Shown piece by piece: positions 16,116 to 25,902 of a DNA stretch of 33,954 nt. Every line of letters begins with the position of its first letter. Position 1 is the stretch's first letter. The translations under genes were made by a program, and so were the position numbers. This DNA is from a virus (taxonomy: Duplodnaviria; Caudoviricetes): positions 1 through 33,954 of the IMG/VR virus record IMGVR_UViG_3300025635_000092; one strand, given 5' to 3'. The notes beneath the pieces were generated by a model. That model was not told where the DNA came from, searched no databases, and was given only the letters and a program-made list of their open reading frames with translations.

Positions 16116-16351
16116 GCAATATCAACCCAGGCAAGATGTTCTCACGGATGTTTACGTTCCCGCGTCCTGGTGGCACATCACGGAGTCCGTCCGCCAGCGA
16201 TGCGTCTGTGCAGCAGGCGGCAGTCGAGGCGGCACAGCGACGGAACCGCGCCAGAGGATTCCAAAGCACGATTCTTTCGCAATTTGCTGGCCGGAACAAT
16301 GAGCCAACCACGAATGGCGCAGCCCCGCTCCGCGCCACGATTGGGAGTTAA
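16112..16351 (+). CDS. Small virion-associated protein preceding portal
   Basis: RRNRARGFQSTIL...ATIG pattern typical of pre-portal genes in podoviruses. Confidence 0.6.
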   Translation: MSNINPGKMFSRMFTFPRPGGTSRSPSASDASVQQAAVEAAQRRNRARGFQSTILSQFAGRNNEPTTNGAAPLRATIGS

Positions 16352-16353
16352 CG

Positions 16354-18018
16354 ATGGCCGCTGATGGATCTGCTCGCGTCAAACTCTATCTAAGTCGTAA
16401 AGACCGCCGCGCGAACTTCGACCGGCGCTGGGAGCAGATGGCTCCCTTTCTCGCGCCGTCGCGGGTCGGGATCGTGTCGCAACGCACCCCAGGTGTGAAG
16501 CAGACGACAGGGGTCACGGATTCGACTACCTTAATGGCGGCGGAATTGATGGCCATGTTTGTAGCCGGTCACATCATCAACCCCTCCCAGCAATGGGGCG
16601 GCTTGGCGATGGGGAAGGGCAACCGCCCAAATGATGCGATTCAGGAGTGGTTGGAAGATTCCCGTGATCGGATGCTGGCGGCGTTTTCCAATTCCATGTT
16701 CTACGGGGAAGCGCCGGAATCACTCATTGACCACGGCGGATTTGGTACCGGCTGTCTCGGCATTGAAGAAATGCCAGAGATGCCGCATCTGCGCGTCAAG
16801 GGATTTCGCGGCCTCTTCGTTGAAGCGCATAAGACGGGCCGATTCGTTATTGGGGAAGGGCCGGATGGGTTGATCCATGAAGTCACGGTTGAGAAAGAGA
16901 TGACCGCAGGCCAACTGGAGAAACGATTCGGCAAAGACAACCTCCCGCCAAAAGCCAAGAAGGCGCTGGATGAACTCAAGGTGGATGAGTGTTTCCAGAT
17001 CATCCATGATGTGTATCCGCGCACCTTATCGGAGCAAGAGTTTGCCGCAGGGGCCAAGAAGATGCCCTATGCGTCCTGCTGGATTGACTTGGAATCGAAG
17101 CATGTCATCCATGAAGGCGGCTACCGGACCTTCCCGAAAGCCATCCCGCGCTATCACAAGACGCCAGGAGAAGTCTTTGGGCGTGGCCGTGGTGACATTG
17201 CCTTCCCTGATACGTGGACGCTGAATACCGCGAAGACGATGGGCTTGGAAGATTGGGCGTTGAAGATCAAGCCGCCAATCATGGTGCGGCATGATAGCGT
17301 GATTGGGACATTGAAGCTCACCCCTGGCGGTCCGACCTCAATCAATACGCATGGCCAATCCATCCGTGACAGCATCGCCCCCTACGAAACCGGCTCGCAT
17401 CCTGAAATCTCGCAGATTAAGGAAGAGGAGTTGCGGAAGTCGATCCGACAAATCTTCTTTGTCGATCAGATCCTTGCCTTGATGGAAGTGAACAAATCGG
17501 AGATGACGGCGTTTGAATTTAGCAAGAAGATCGAGTTGCTGTTCCGGCTGATGGGGCCGGTCTATGGTCGGACGGAGAAGGAATTTTTGCGGCGGATTTT
17601 CGATATCACCTTCGATACGATGTGGAATGCCAACGCCTTTGCTCCACCCCCGCCAGAGATCTTTGATACCGATGGCAACATTGATGTGGTCTTTCAGAAC
17701 CCGATTGCGCGTGCCCAGCGCAGCGCCGATGTCGAGTCGATCACGATGGCGGTACAAGATCTTGCCCCGCTTGCAGATCGGTTCCCTGATGTGTTGGACA
17801 TCTTCAAGTCAAAAGAGTTGGCGCGGCATGTGGTGTCGGTCCGTGGCGTGCCTGCTATCGTGACGAACAGCGAAGATGAGATGACGGCGATTGCCGAGGC
17901 GCGGCAGCAACAGTTGGAATCGGAACAGATGATTGCAGAGACAGGGAGCGTAGCGGAAAGTGCAGGCAAAGTCGCGCCGTTCCTGAAGGCCATGCAGGGC
18001 CAAGGTGGGGCCGCATGA
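16354..18018 (+). CDS. Portal / head-to-tail connector (T7 gp8/BPP-1 type)
   Basis: DSTT..AA..MA, FGTGCL, PRY.KTPGEVFGRG and MTAFE...LMGPVYGR...EFL motifs; 554 aa. Confidence 0.9.
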   Translation: MAADGSARVKLYLSRKDRRANFDRRWEQMAPFLAPSRVGIVSQRTPGVKQTTGVTDSTTLMAAELMAMFVAGHIINPSQQWGGLAMGKGNRPNDAIQEWLEDSRDRMLAAFSNSMFYGEAPESLIDHGGFGTGCLGIEEMPEMPHLRVKGFRGLFVEAHKTGRFVIGEGPDGLIHEVTVEKEMTAGQLEKRFGKDNLPPKAKKALDELKVDECFQIIHDVYPRTLSEQEFAAGAKKMPYASCWIDLESKHVIHEGGYRTFPKAIPRYHKTPGEVFGRGRGDIAFPDTWTLNTAKTMGLEDWALKIKPPIMVRHDSVIGTLKLTPGGPTSINTHGQSIRDSIAPYETGSHPEISQIKEEELRKSIRQIFFVDQILALMEVNKSEMTAFEFSKKIELLFRLMGPVYGRTEKEFLRRIFDITFDTMWNANAFAPPPPEIFDTDGNIDVVFQNPIARAQRSADVESITMAVQDLAPLADRFPDVLDIFKSKELARHVVSVRGVPAIVTNSEDEMTAIAEARQQQLESEQMIAETGSVAESAGKVAPFLKAMQGQGGAA

Positions 18019-18194
18019 TGGAAGACAGCGTAAGAAAGTTGGTCGAGGAGCGATCCATGTTTCTTGCGAAAGAATTGGACCAAGCGATTCTTTCCGCCTA
18101 TCTTCTATCAAGAACGGTCAACATTGAATTAGGCCCACAGCGGTTTGAGATTGACCCTGCTGAACGAAGCATCAAGGTATGGTGGGCGGAATGA
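18015..18194 (+). CDS. Small hypothetical protein (MMEDSVRKLVEERS...)
   Basis: 59 aa read manually; ATGA overlaps at both ends. Confidence 0.5.
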   Translation: MMEDSVRKLVEERSMFLAKELDQAILSAYLLSRTVNIELGPQRFEIDPAERSIKVWWAE

Positions 18195-18472
18195 TGCGGC
18201 AGTTCCGGCACTGGTTAAGGATTAAATGGCAACGCCAGAATCCTGATGAATTGCGGCAGGCGTATCAGATCACGTTTGGGGGGCTGCATGGGCAGGTAGT
18301 CCTTCAGCACTTAATGGATACGATCTATTGCCAAGTCTACGAAGGGACCGACGCCCAAGCGGCGTTGGTCTTCAATGCCCGTAGGAGTGTGGTGCACGAA
18401 ATCCTCTACAACGTGGATATGGCGAACCGCCCCGACCATTACACAATCCCAGAAGGAGTCACACATGGATGA
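18191..18472 (+). CDS. Bbp19-like protein
   Basis: AY..TFGG.HGQVVL.HL...FNARRSVV..I pattern; position between portal and scaffold. Confidence 0.7.
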   Translation: MMRQFRHWLRIKWQRQNPDELRQAYQITFGGLHGQVVLQHLMDTIYCQVYEGTDAQAALVFNARRSVVHEILYNVDMANRPDHYTIPEGVTHG

Positions 18473-19292
18473 GATGAATGGCAACACCGCTGTCGCTGAC
18501 TGGAAACCGTTCCTGACTGATGAACTGAAAGCCGATCCGATTGTGGCAGGATGGGCCGAGAAGGCGTCGGAAAAGGATATCCCGTCGATCATGAAGAGTT
18601 ACGCGCATCTGTCGAAGCGCATGGGGGGCGCGATTACGCTTCCAGGTAAAGATGCCAAACCGGAAGAAGTGCAAGGACTTAAAGCCAAACTGTATGAAGC
18701 GGGCATCTTTCAGGCTCCTCCCGCAGATCCGAAAGAGTACGGAATTGCCAAGCCAGAACAACTCCCAGAGGGGTTAGGGTGGAACGATGAACTGGCCACG
18801 AAGTTCGCGCAGACACTTCACAAGCATGGAGCACCGAAAGGGTTGGCCGCTGACTTGCTTCCGCTCTACCAGGAGGCCATCTTGGGCGCTCAGACGGTCT
18901 TTAAGACCGATCAGGAGTCTGGGTTGGCGGCACTGAAAAAGGAGTTTGGTGAGCAGTTCGATTCGCGCAAGGAAGCCACCACTCGCATGATTGGAGAGAT
19001 CTTCAAGGATGAATCAGAGCTACAGTTATTTAATCAACTGGGTTTAGGCGATCACCCGAAGTTTCTCAGCATTCTGATGCGGATTGCACCAAGTTACCAG
19101 CCGGATTCCAGCTATCAGCCTGATGAAGGGCAGGGCGGTGGAACGGGTGGCGAAGCCCCACGCGAAGAGTTGGCGAAGATCATGAATGATAAATCGCACC
19201 CCATGCACGCAGGCTACTGGCGGCAACCGCAAGATCCGAAGGTGGTCGAACACATTGACAATCTCTACAAAAAAGCGTATGGGGGAGCATAG
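18465..19292 (+). CDS. Capsid scaffolding protein
   Basis: KSY.HL.K.MG, P..P..Y, LKKEFG, GLGDHP and C-terminal HP.H....V..LY motifs; upstream of the MCP. Confidence 0.8.
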   Translation: MDEMNGNTAVADWKPFLTDELKADPIVAGWAEKASEKDIPSIMKSYAHLSKRMGGAITLPGKDAKPEEVQGLKAKLYEAGIFQAPPADPKEYGIAKPEQLPEGLGWNDELATKFAQTLHKHGAPKGLAADLLPLYQEAILGAQTVFKTDQESGLAALKKEFGEQFDSRKEATTRMIGEIFKDESELQLFNQLGLGDHPKFLSILMRIAPSYQPDSSYQPDEGQGGGTGGEAPREELAKIMNDKSHPMHAGYWRQPQDPKVVEHIDNLYKKAYGGA

Positions 19293-19306
19293 GAGATCGC
19301 GCCCCG

Positions 19307-19435
19307 ATGCCACTGACCAAAAAGGGGGAAACCATTCTGGCTGCGATGATGAAGGAATACGGCAAGAAAAAGGGCAAGACCGTCTTCTACGCAAGTCAGA
19401 ATAAAGGGACGATCACTGGGACACACAAGAAATAG
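19307..19435 (+). CDS. Conserved small basic phage protein (MPLTKKGETILAAMMKEYGKKKGKTVFYASQNKG...)
   Basis: 42 aa read manually; recognisable widespread phage peptide family; SD AGGAG. Confidence 0.7.
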   Translation: MPLTKKGETILAAMMKEYGKKKGKTVFYASQNKGTITGTHKK

Positions 19436-19442
19436 GACGGAC

Positions 19443-19649
19443 ATGGACGCCTACGCACTTCAAGTACAAGTAGAAAGCCCCACGATTCAGGACGGGCTAC
19501 GGGCCGATCATCCACGACTGGCGGAGTATATTCGGAACGGCATTCGAAAAGGGTGGGGGAATGAGCATATCGTCAAAGTGACTGGCGCTCCCCCTGAACT
19601 GGTGTCACGCGAACGGAGTAAAATCGACAAAGAAAAACGCATGAAGTAA
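19443..19649 (+). CDS. Small hypothetical protein
   Basis: 68 aa; possible HTH-like C-terminus. Confidence 0.55.
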   Translation: MDAYALQVQVESPTIQDGLRADHPRLAEYIRNGIRKGWGNEHIVKVTGAPPELVSRERSKIDKEKRMK

Positions 19650-19654
19650 TCAGC

Positions 19655-19797
19655 TAGTCCGGGGAGCCTCCGTGTGGGGTCCGGTGGGATCACCGAAAGG
19701 TGACGAACTTGGTGGCGCGTAAGCCACTAGGAAGGTCCGCAAGAGCGGGCAGCCCTCCGCGAGTCGCACAAACGTCTTTTTACACGGAGGTTCCATC
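19655..19797 (+). ncRNA. Structured 5' leader of the major capsid gene
   Basis: Hairpins TCACC-GAAA-GGTGA and TGGTGGC..GTAA..GCCACTA, plus long-range anti-SD pairing. Confidence 0.6.
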
Positions 19798-20733
19798 ATG
19801 TCAGTTTATGCCGATCAGGCGTGGGTCCAACGCTTCCACGATACGCTGCTTCTCTCCTATCAGCAAATGTCATCCATCGTGCGGGGGCTGCTGTCTCCGT
19901 CGATGATTCACTACGATGTGAATGCCGCGATTGACTACCATGAGCGGCTGGGTAACGGCATCGCCAACGATGTCATTGCTCCGTTCGCGCAGACCGTCGC
20001 GCAGAATCTCAATCATTCGCGCCGGTCCTGCACCTTGCAGTCCTCGGACTTCACGGTGTTGGTGACAGAAGAAAACAACCTTCGTAGTATGGTGAATCCG
20101 CAGAACGGCTACACCCAGACCATCTTGGCGGGCTGTAACCGGCGTGCGGATAAGCATGTCATTGATGCCTTGATCGGGACTGCCGCTACCGCGTCGGTCA
20201 CGGCAGGAACGGGCGCAATTACCGCAGGGACGCAGGCGATGCTCTCGGCCCATCAGATCGGCGCGGCATCTGCGATGGATTTGGCTCGCGTCATCAACGC
20301 CAATGAACTGTTGAGCAAGAAGAGCGTGCCGAACGACGGCAAGCGGGCCTTCCTCTACAGCCCAGGCCAGTTGCGGGACATTCTGGCGATTACCCAGGCA
20401 TCGTCCAGCGACTTCACCCGCAACCAGATTCACGACAAGGGCACCATCAATGGCGTGAACTGGGAAGGATTTAACTGGTACGAAATTGCTGATGTCATCG
20501 CTGATGATGCCAGCACAACCCTGGTGCGTATGCTGCCGTTGCCGTCGTACCGTCAGTGTATTGCGTTCCACCCAAGTTCGGTGGGCTTGTCCATCGGCAA
20601 GGAAATCAAGACGCAGATTGACCCGCGCCCTGATTTGCAGAGCCGTCCCACGCAGGTCCGCTCCAGCATGATTATGGCAGCGGTGCGCGTGTGGGAAGGT
20701 GGCGTGGTCGAAGTGCGGGCGTTGGAGAACTAG
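19798..20733 (+). CDS. Major capsid protein
   Basis: 311 aa; WVQRF...QQ..S, NRRADK.VIDAL and C-terminal M.AVRV.E.GVVEV motifs of BPP-1/T7-like MCPs; SD GGAGG. Confidence 0.88.
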   Translation: MSVYADQAWVQRFHDTLLLSYQQMSSIVRGLLSPSMIHYDVNAAIDYHERLGNGIANDVIAPFAQTVAQNLNHSRRSCTLQSSDFTVLVTEENNLRSMVNPQNGYTQTILAGCNRRADKHVIDALIGTAATASVTAGTGAITAGTQAMLSAHQIGAASAMDLARVINANELLSKKSVPNDGKRAFLYSPGQLRDILAITQASSSDFTRNQIHDKGTINGVNWEGFNWYEIADVIADDASTTLVRMLPLPSYRQCIAFHPSSVGLSIGKEIKTQIDPRPDLQSRPTQVRSSMIMAAVRVWEGGVVEVRALEN

Positions 20734-20746
20734 GTTAGATTCAACT

Positions 20747-20773
20747 GGGAGCCGTCTGAAGAGGGCGGCTCCC
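20747..20773 (+). terminator. Stem-loop after the MCP (no U-tract; pause or stability element)
   Basis: GGGAGCCGTC-N-GGCGGCTCCC stem. Confidence 0.45.
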
Positions 20774-20789
20774 CTACAAAGGAGAGACT

Positions 20790-21224
20790 ATGGCTACCGC
20801 TCGTGATTCAGTGAACTATGCCGCAATTTATACCAACAAATACGTGGCGGACGCCCGCAAGATTGGTGGCCGCGTGGTGCCGTTGCCGTTTGAAGTAACG
20901 ATTGTCTCTGCGGCAGCGACCAACGATACCTACAACCTGACCGTGATTCCAGCCAATGCCCGCGTCATTGGCCTGGAGTGCACCACGAACGGGTTGGGTG
21001 CATCGGCTGGTGCAGGTCGTACATTCCAGATCGGAGATTCCGGTGACGATGATCGCTACATGGTGGCGACGGACTTCGATGTGACAGGTGCGGCTGGAAC
21101 GCTGGCGATTGCCGGAGCAGGCTACACCCCAACCGCCGATACCATCGTGGTTGGGAAGTGTGTCAATGCGCCGACCGTGGGGCAGGTTGTGAAGGGTGTG
21201 ATCTACATTATCCCTGGCGTGTAG
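20790..21224 (+). CDS. Capsid decoration/cement protein
   Basis: Beta-rich 144 aa; IPANARV and IGDSGDDDRY motifs; directly after the MCP. Confidence 0.7.
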   Translation: MATARDSVNYAAIYTNKYVADARKIGGRVVPLPFEVTIVSAAATNDTYNLTVIPANARVIGLECTTNGLGASAGAGRTFQIGDSGDDDRYMVATDFDVTGAAGTLAIAGAGYTPTADTIVVGKCVNAPTVGQVVKGVIYIIPGV

Positions 21225-21874
21225 TGGTTTATACGACACCAGGAATGGGCAGTTACGGTGCGGCCTGGACGCATCGTGGGTATAGTGGATCTGGCAACGT
21301 ACAGGGGCTTCTTGGCTCCTGTACGGGCCGTCCGGCTCTGGTGTGTGGGAATGCTCAGACTGTCTTTCATGACGTTGCCGTGGCAACCGCGCAGCTTGAC
21401 GATCCAGCCGTGATCGCCGTCAATGATGTCGGGATCTATCTTCGGGCAGTCGATCATTGGGTGAGTCTCCACGGAGCCAACATGGCAGTATGGCAGGCAG
21501 GGAGACGGCAGCACTGGGAACGCGATGATGTGGGGTTCGCCCATAGCATTGCGCCATTTTCAGGGGTTGCATACCACTGGGACGGGCTGAACCCCCTGAT
21601 GGCTCTATCAGGATACTTTGCGATGCAGCTTGCGTACCTCTTAGGGTATGCCCCGATTGTATTGTGTGGATGCCCTGGAGATCCCACGCCGCGATTCTTT
21701 GAAGTACAAGACAGATTGAATGTGCCTGCCTCGTTTGGATACGGTGGCGGGACAGGGCCAACCGATCAGAATATCCAACAGCAACTTGTCCATGAATGCC
21801 AGCGTGTCCCAGATCTCAAAGACTGCGTGCGGTCAATGAGTGGATGGACACGCGATTATTTTGGAGGGATATAA
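21224..21874 (+). CDS. Glycosyltransferase-like protein (Maf/CstII-type Rossmann fold)
   Basis: ALVCGNA.TV, VIAVND, DHWVSLH and LSGYFAMQLAYLLGYAPIVLCG motifs; GTG start overlaps the upstream TAG. Confidence 0.6.
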   Translation: MVYTTPGMGSYGAAWTHRGYSGSGNVQGLLGSCTGRPALVCGNAQTVFHDVAVATAQLDDPAVIAVNDVGIYLRAVDHWVSLHGANMAVWQAGRRQHWERDDVGFAHSIAPFSGVAYHWDGLNPLMALSGYFAMQLAYLLGYAPIVLCGCPGDPTPRFFEVQDRLNVPASFGYGGGTGPTDQNIQQQLVHECQRVPDLKDCVRSMSGWTRDYFGGI

Positions 21875-21876
21875 CT

Positions 21877-22068
21877 ATGGCTGCATTTGCCACTATGACC
21901 GCAGCGGAAACGCGATGCAAGGAACAGATTGTCGCAGGCACATGGATTAACGCCCATTCGCAACGCAATGAAACGGGCACGATTAGTGTACGCGTGCAGC
22001 GCAAGATGAGTCCGACCAATCCTGACTACGGTGGTTGGACCGTCATCACGGACGATGCGACGGACTAA
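21877..22068 (+). CDS. Small hypothetical protein
   Basis: 63 aa; SD GGAGG. Confidence 0.6.
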   Translation: MAAFATMTAAETRCKEQIVAGTWINAHSQRNETGTISVRVQRKMSPTNPDYGGWTVITDDATD

Positions 22069-22635
22069 ATGACGACCGCCGAGCGTGAACAGCAGAAGTA
22101 CCGGCGCATGTGGGCGTTCGACCAGTACCACAATAGTTCTCCTGGCGAGCGTGTGGTGCAGACATTTCTTCAGTCATGCCGTCCCTCTCCAGGGGAGACG
22201 GTGGCCGACGTGGGGGCTGGGACGGGACGGGCCGGAAAGAAGCTCGCTGAAGCTGGGCTAGTCGTTACATTGTTAGATTGTTGCCCTGAAGCCAATGAAA
22301 CATCGCTGCCATGCCGAGAAGTCATCTTGTGGGATCTACCATCAGACCTCCCGCGATTTGATTGGATTTATTGTGTCGATGTGTTAGAGCATATCCCTAC
22401 GGAATACGTGGAGCAGACCTTGCGAAAGATGGCCAGAATCACAGGGAAGGGCGGCTATCTGCAAGTGTGCTGTGTCCCTGATAACTGCGGGAAAATGATC
22501 GGTGAGACATTGCATTTGACTGTGCAACCGATGGATTGGTGGGCGAAGCAGATTCAGGCGCATTGGCCGATTGCATCCCAGCAGACAGACGGTACCTACT
22601 CCACGTTCATTTTGCGAGGCTCCTATGGCGAGTGA
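22069..22635 (+). CDS. Class I SAM-dependent methyltransferase
   Basis: VADVGAGTG motif I; FDWIYCVDVLEHIP; HLTVQPMDWW. Confidence 0.85.
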   Translation: MTTAEREQQKYRRMWAFDQYHNSSPGERVVQTFLQSCRPSPGETVADVGAGTGRAGKKLAEAGLVVTLLDCCPEANETSLPCREVILWDLPSDLPRFDWIYCVDVLEHIPTEYVEQTLRKMARITGKGGYLQVCCVPDNCGKMIGETLHLTVQPMDWWAKQIQAHWPIASQQTDGTYSTFILRGSYGE

Positions 22636-23239
22636 AACGGATCTGCTCAATGATGCGTTGAGCCAAATCGGGGAAGTCAGTATCGGCAGTATCAACGATG
22701 GGACCGTCAACGCGAACTACTGCCTCGCGCTCTATCCGCCGCTGCTCGACTCAATCCTTCGCAGCCATCACTGGAACTTCTCGCTGACGCGAGTCTCGCT
22801 CTCCGCTGATGTCGCCGCGCCAGTCTACGAATATGCCTATGCCTACACACTCCCGTCAGACTGCTTGAAAGTAGTGGCGTATGCCGGTGGACAAACTTCT
22901 ACCGCGTCCACATGGCTCTATGACGGCGTTCGCACGCAGCCGCTGCCGTTTAAGATCGAGGGCCGCAAGCTCTATTCCAATGAAGGCGTTGTGTATATCC
23001 AGTACGTTGCAAGAAAGACAAACCCCTCTGAGTGGGATGCGCTCTTTTATCAGGTGGTGGCAACGTGGCTGGCGTCCAAGCTGGCAATGGCGATTACGAA
23101 AGATGCCCGTAAGTCGAATGCGCTGCTCCAGCAGGCGGTGACGGTGCTGCTGCCGATGGCGTTGGCGGTTGATGGGCAAGAAGGATCAGTCGAACCGTTC
23201 GTAACGGACGATCTGCTGTGGGGCCGCGCACTTGGCTAA
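22625..23239 (+). CDS. Tail tubular protein A / head-tail adaptor (T7 gp11-like)
   Basis: N.AL..IGE..I.S, H.WNF and Y.YTLP.DCL motifs. Confidence 0.85.
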   Translation: MASETDLLNDALSQIGEVSIGSINDGTVNANYCLALYPPLLDSILRSHHWNFSLTRVSLSADVAAPVYEYAYAYTLPSDCLKVVAYAGGQTSTASTWLYDGVRTQPLPFKIEGRKLYSNEGVVYIQYVARKTNPSEWDALFYQVVATWLASKLAMAITKDARKSNALLQQAVTVLLPMALAVDGQEGSVEPFVTDDLLWGRALG

Positions 23240-25457
23240 AACACGACCACTGTGGACAAACTTCTCAAAGGGTGAGCTATCTCCGCTGCTTGAGGCTGCA
23301 AATGATCTTGCGGCCTACTTTGAAGGCGGCTCGACTATTGAGAATTTCCGCTTGCTTCGCCAGGGCGGCATTACTCGTCGCGCCGGTACGCGCATGATTG
23401 CCGAAGCACGGTACTCGAATAAAGACGCTATCCTGGTCCCGTTTGAGTTTAGTGTGGACGACACCTATATCCTTGAGTTGGGTGATGGGTATTTTCGTGT
23501 CTACAAAAACAAAGCCCAAGTCTTGAGTGGCGGTGTGCCATTGACGGTTACGGCTCCCTATGCCGAGGCCGACGTTCGCACGGTGCATTACACACAATCC
23601 GCCGATGTGTTGTTTTGCTTCCACGGTTCCTATCAGCAGCGAAAAATTGGACGAGTATCCGATACGAACTGGACGGTTAGGCCGCAAGCTGCGAATCCTC
23701 CGCCGTCATATGAAAAAGATACGGATATCAGTGGCGGGGTAGCAACGCTCACGCTTGGGGCGATTTCTGGAACTGGTGTGATTGTGACTGCTTCAGCCTC
23801 TTCTTTTCTCCCTGCTGATGACGGAAGGCAGATCATTAGCGGGGCAGGGAGAGCCATTATCACCACGTACACCAGTGCGACACAGGTTACGGTCGATATC
23901 CTCGATGAATTTTCGAGCGTGGGTCCAATCCCGTCTGGAGAATGGTTTGTCCGGCTGTCTCCGCAGACCACGCTGGACCCGACAAAACGCGCCCCTGTGG
24001 GGAGTACGGTAACATGCGTGGCAGGCGCAAACGCGTTTAGAACCGAAGATGTGGGCAAATATATCGTCATCTATGGCGGGCTTATTAAGATCACATCGCG
24101 GACGAGTGCCACAACCGTTGTTGGGACGATTCTCTCCATCATGTCAGAGACGGCTGATGCGAACCCTGCTGCGGCTCCAGCGGGAGCATGGACACTGGAA
24201 GAGGCATCATGGAGCGATGAGTTGGGATGGCCGAGAACAGGGGAATTTTACCAGGGGCGTCTTTACCAGGCTGGAACGGTCAGTCTCCCCACGGCTATAT
24301 GGGGATCGGCGTCTGATGACTACGATAACTACGCCTACGGTGTGGTGTTTGATGCTGCGGTGGAATACATCATGGCCTCGCGTAAGCTCAACCGCATTGA
24401 GTGGTTGGCTGACAATGATTCCTTGATGGTTGGCACATCAGGGTCAGAGCATCGTGCAACGGGAAGCGGAAACGATAATTCATTGATTGGCGGAGATACC
24501 CTGCCACTGGTGCGGCGAGTGTCGAGCCAGGGGAGTATGTCTGTTCAGCCTGTCGTCTCCAATAAGCAAGTGGTCTTTGCGGATCGAAGTAAGCGCAAGC
24601 TCTATAGCTTGCAATGGGAACTGAACCAGGACGGGTTTGATTCCGATGAACTGACATTGATGGCCGAACATATCACAGAGTCAGGGATTCGCCTTGGACC
24701 GATGGCGTTTCAGCAGCGACTTGATCCACGGTTGCATGTTGTCCGTGAAGATGGCCAGCTTATCACGATGACCTTTTTTCTAAAGGAACGGGTGATTGGC
24801 TTTACGCGATACGTGACAGATGGGACGTTTGAATCAGTTGCGGTGGTCCCGAATGCGTCTGGTGGGAACGATCAAGTGTGGGTATTGGTAAAGCGGACGA
24901 TTAATGGAGTGGTCAAGCGGTTTGTTGAGATGCTGGAGGATGACCATGAAGACATCTCGACTCGCGCATGGTCTTCGCTCCAAACGGATTGCGCGACTGT
25001 GTATAGCGGGGCGGCAACACTTAACATCCCTGCTGCACATCTGGAAGGTGAGACAGTCGATGTCATTGCCGATGGGGAATATATCGGGCAGAAAGTAGTC
25101 GCAGGCGGAGTGGTGACGTTAGATGAGACAGCCTCAGAAGTTGAAGTGGGGTTACACTATGGGTCAATCGCAACGACCATGCGCCCTGCGGTGAAGGGAG
25201 AGAACCTTGAAGGAATCCCTCGTTCGTGGGATAAGCTTTCGGTCAGAGTGCATCGGACAAAGGGCGGCACCATCAATGGCAAGCCGATGCTCTACGCTCC
25301 AGGCACATTAGGCGTCAATGCGCTGTTTACTGGCGATGTGAAGGTTACTGGGCAGGGGTGGGACACTGATGGCCGTGTCACCATTGCACAGGATCAGCCG
25401 TATCCCATGACAATCTTGGCGCTCTATGGGAGTCTGTCATTTGGCGACAAAGATTAG
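23232..25457 (+). CDS. Tail tubular protein B / nozzle (T7 gp12-like)
   Basis: TNFSKGELSP, GG..RR.GT, QSADV, GWP....FYQGRL and C-terminal QDQPYPMTIL motifs; 741 aa. Confidence 0.9.
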   Translation: MAKTRPLWTNFSKGELSPLLEAANDLAAYFEGGSTIENFRLLRQGGITRRAGTRMIAEARYSNKDAILVPFEFSVDDTYILELGDGYFRVYKNKAQVLSGGVPLTVTAPYAEADVRTVHYTQSADVLFCFHGSYQQRKIGRVSDTNWTVRPQAANPPPSYEKDTDISGGVATLTLGAISGTGVIVTASASSFLPADDGRQIISGAGRAIITTYTSATQVTVDILDEFSSVGPIPSGEWFVRLSPQTTLDPTKRAPVGSTVTCVAGANAFRTEDVGKYIVIYGGLIKITSRTSATTVVGTILSIMSETADANPAAAPAGAWTLEEASWSDELGWPRTGEFYQGRLYQAGTVSLPTAIWGSASDDYDNYAYGVVFDAAVEYIMASRKLNRIEWLADNDSLMVGTSGSEHRATGSGNDNSLIGGDTLPLVRRVSSQGSMSVQPVVSNKQVVFADRSKRKLYSLQWELNQDGFDSDELTLMAEHITESGIRLGPMAFQQRLDPRLHVVREDGQLITMTFFLKERVIGFTRYVTDGTFESVAVVPNASGGNDQVWVLVKRTINGVVKRFVEMLEDDHEDISTRAWSSLQTDCATVYSGAATLNIPAAHLEGETVDVIADGEYIGQKVVAGGVVTLDETASEVEVGLHYGSIATTMRPAVKGENLEGIPRSWDKLSVRVHRTKGGTINGKPMLYAPGTLGVNALFTGDVKVTGQGWDTDGRVTIAQDQPYPMTILALYGSLSFGDKD

Positions 25458-25902
25458 GCCGGAAGTCCGACCATTTCAAATTGAGGATGTGTCACGGCTT
25501 GTGAACCGTGACGACCCCAACCAGTCTTGCGATATTACGATTCAGCACGCCAATGCAGGACCGGCTTTCACAGCATGGGTGCGTGATCGTCCAGTGGGGT
25601 GCGCGGGAGTCGTCTTAGCATGGCCTGGAGTGGGAGCCGCCTGGATGTCGGTGAGTGACGACATTGCAGAACATGGGTTGTGGTTGACGCGCCTGACGCG
25701 AGCGTTTCTTCGTGACATTATCCGCGTGCATCGCCTCCATCGCCTTGAAGCGGTGGCGCTCGATGAGAGCGTGCGAAACCAGCAATGGCTTCGTGTATTG
25801 GGGTTTGCTCCCGAAGGTGGGATTGCCCACGCCTACTTACCTGACAAGCGAGCCGTGCAACGATTTGAGCTAGTCGAAGGGATGGACACATGGCCTATGT
25901 AG
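25441..25902 (+). CDS. GNAT-fold protein (T7 gp13-like)
   Basis: RLEAV....RNQQWLRVLGF.PEG motif; position after the nozzle gene. Confidence 0.7.
   Translation: MATKIRPEVRPFQIEDVSRLVNRDDPNQSCDITIQHANAGPAFTAWVRDRPVGCAGVVLAWPGVGAAWMSVSDDIAEHGLWLTRLTRAFLRDIIRVHRLHRLEAVALDESVRNQQWLRVLGFAPEGGIAHAYLPDKRAVQRFELVEGMDTWPM

Noticed and set aside
19870-20571. 233-aa minus-strand ORF (and many similar antisense ORFs across 14300-33000 and plus-strand ORFs across 570-13200)
   Set aside because: Shadow frames of well-supported genes in GC-rich DNA; no SD and no recognisable motifs.
19290-21224. Stop-codon reassignment or capsid read-through (several TAG stops)
   Set aside because: Genes are full-length under the standard code, TAG stops are followed by proper next-gene starts, and no suppressor tRNA or slippery site was seen.
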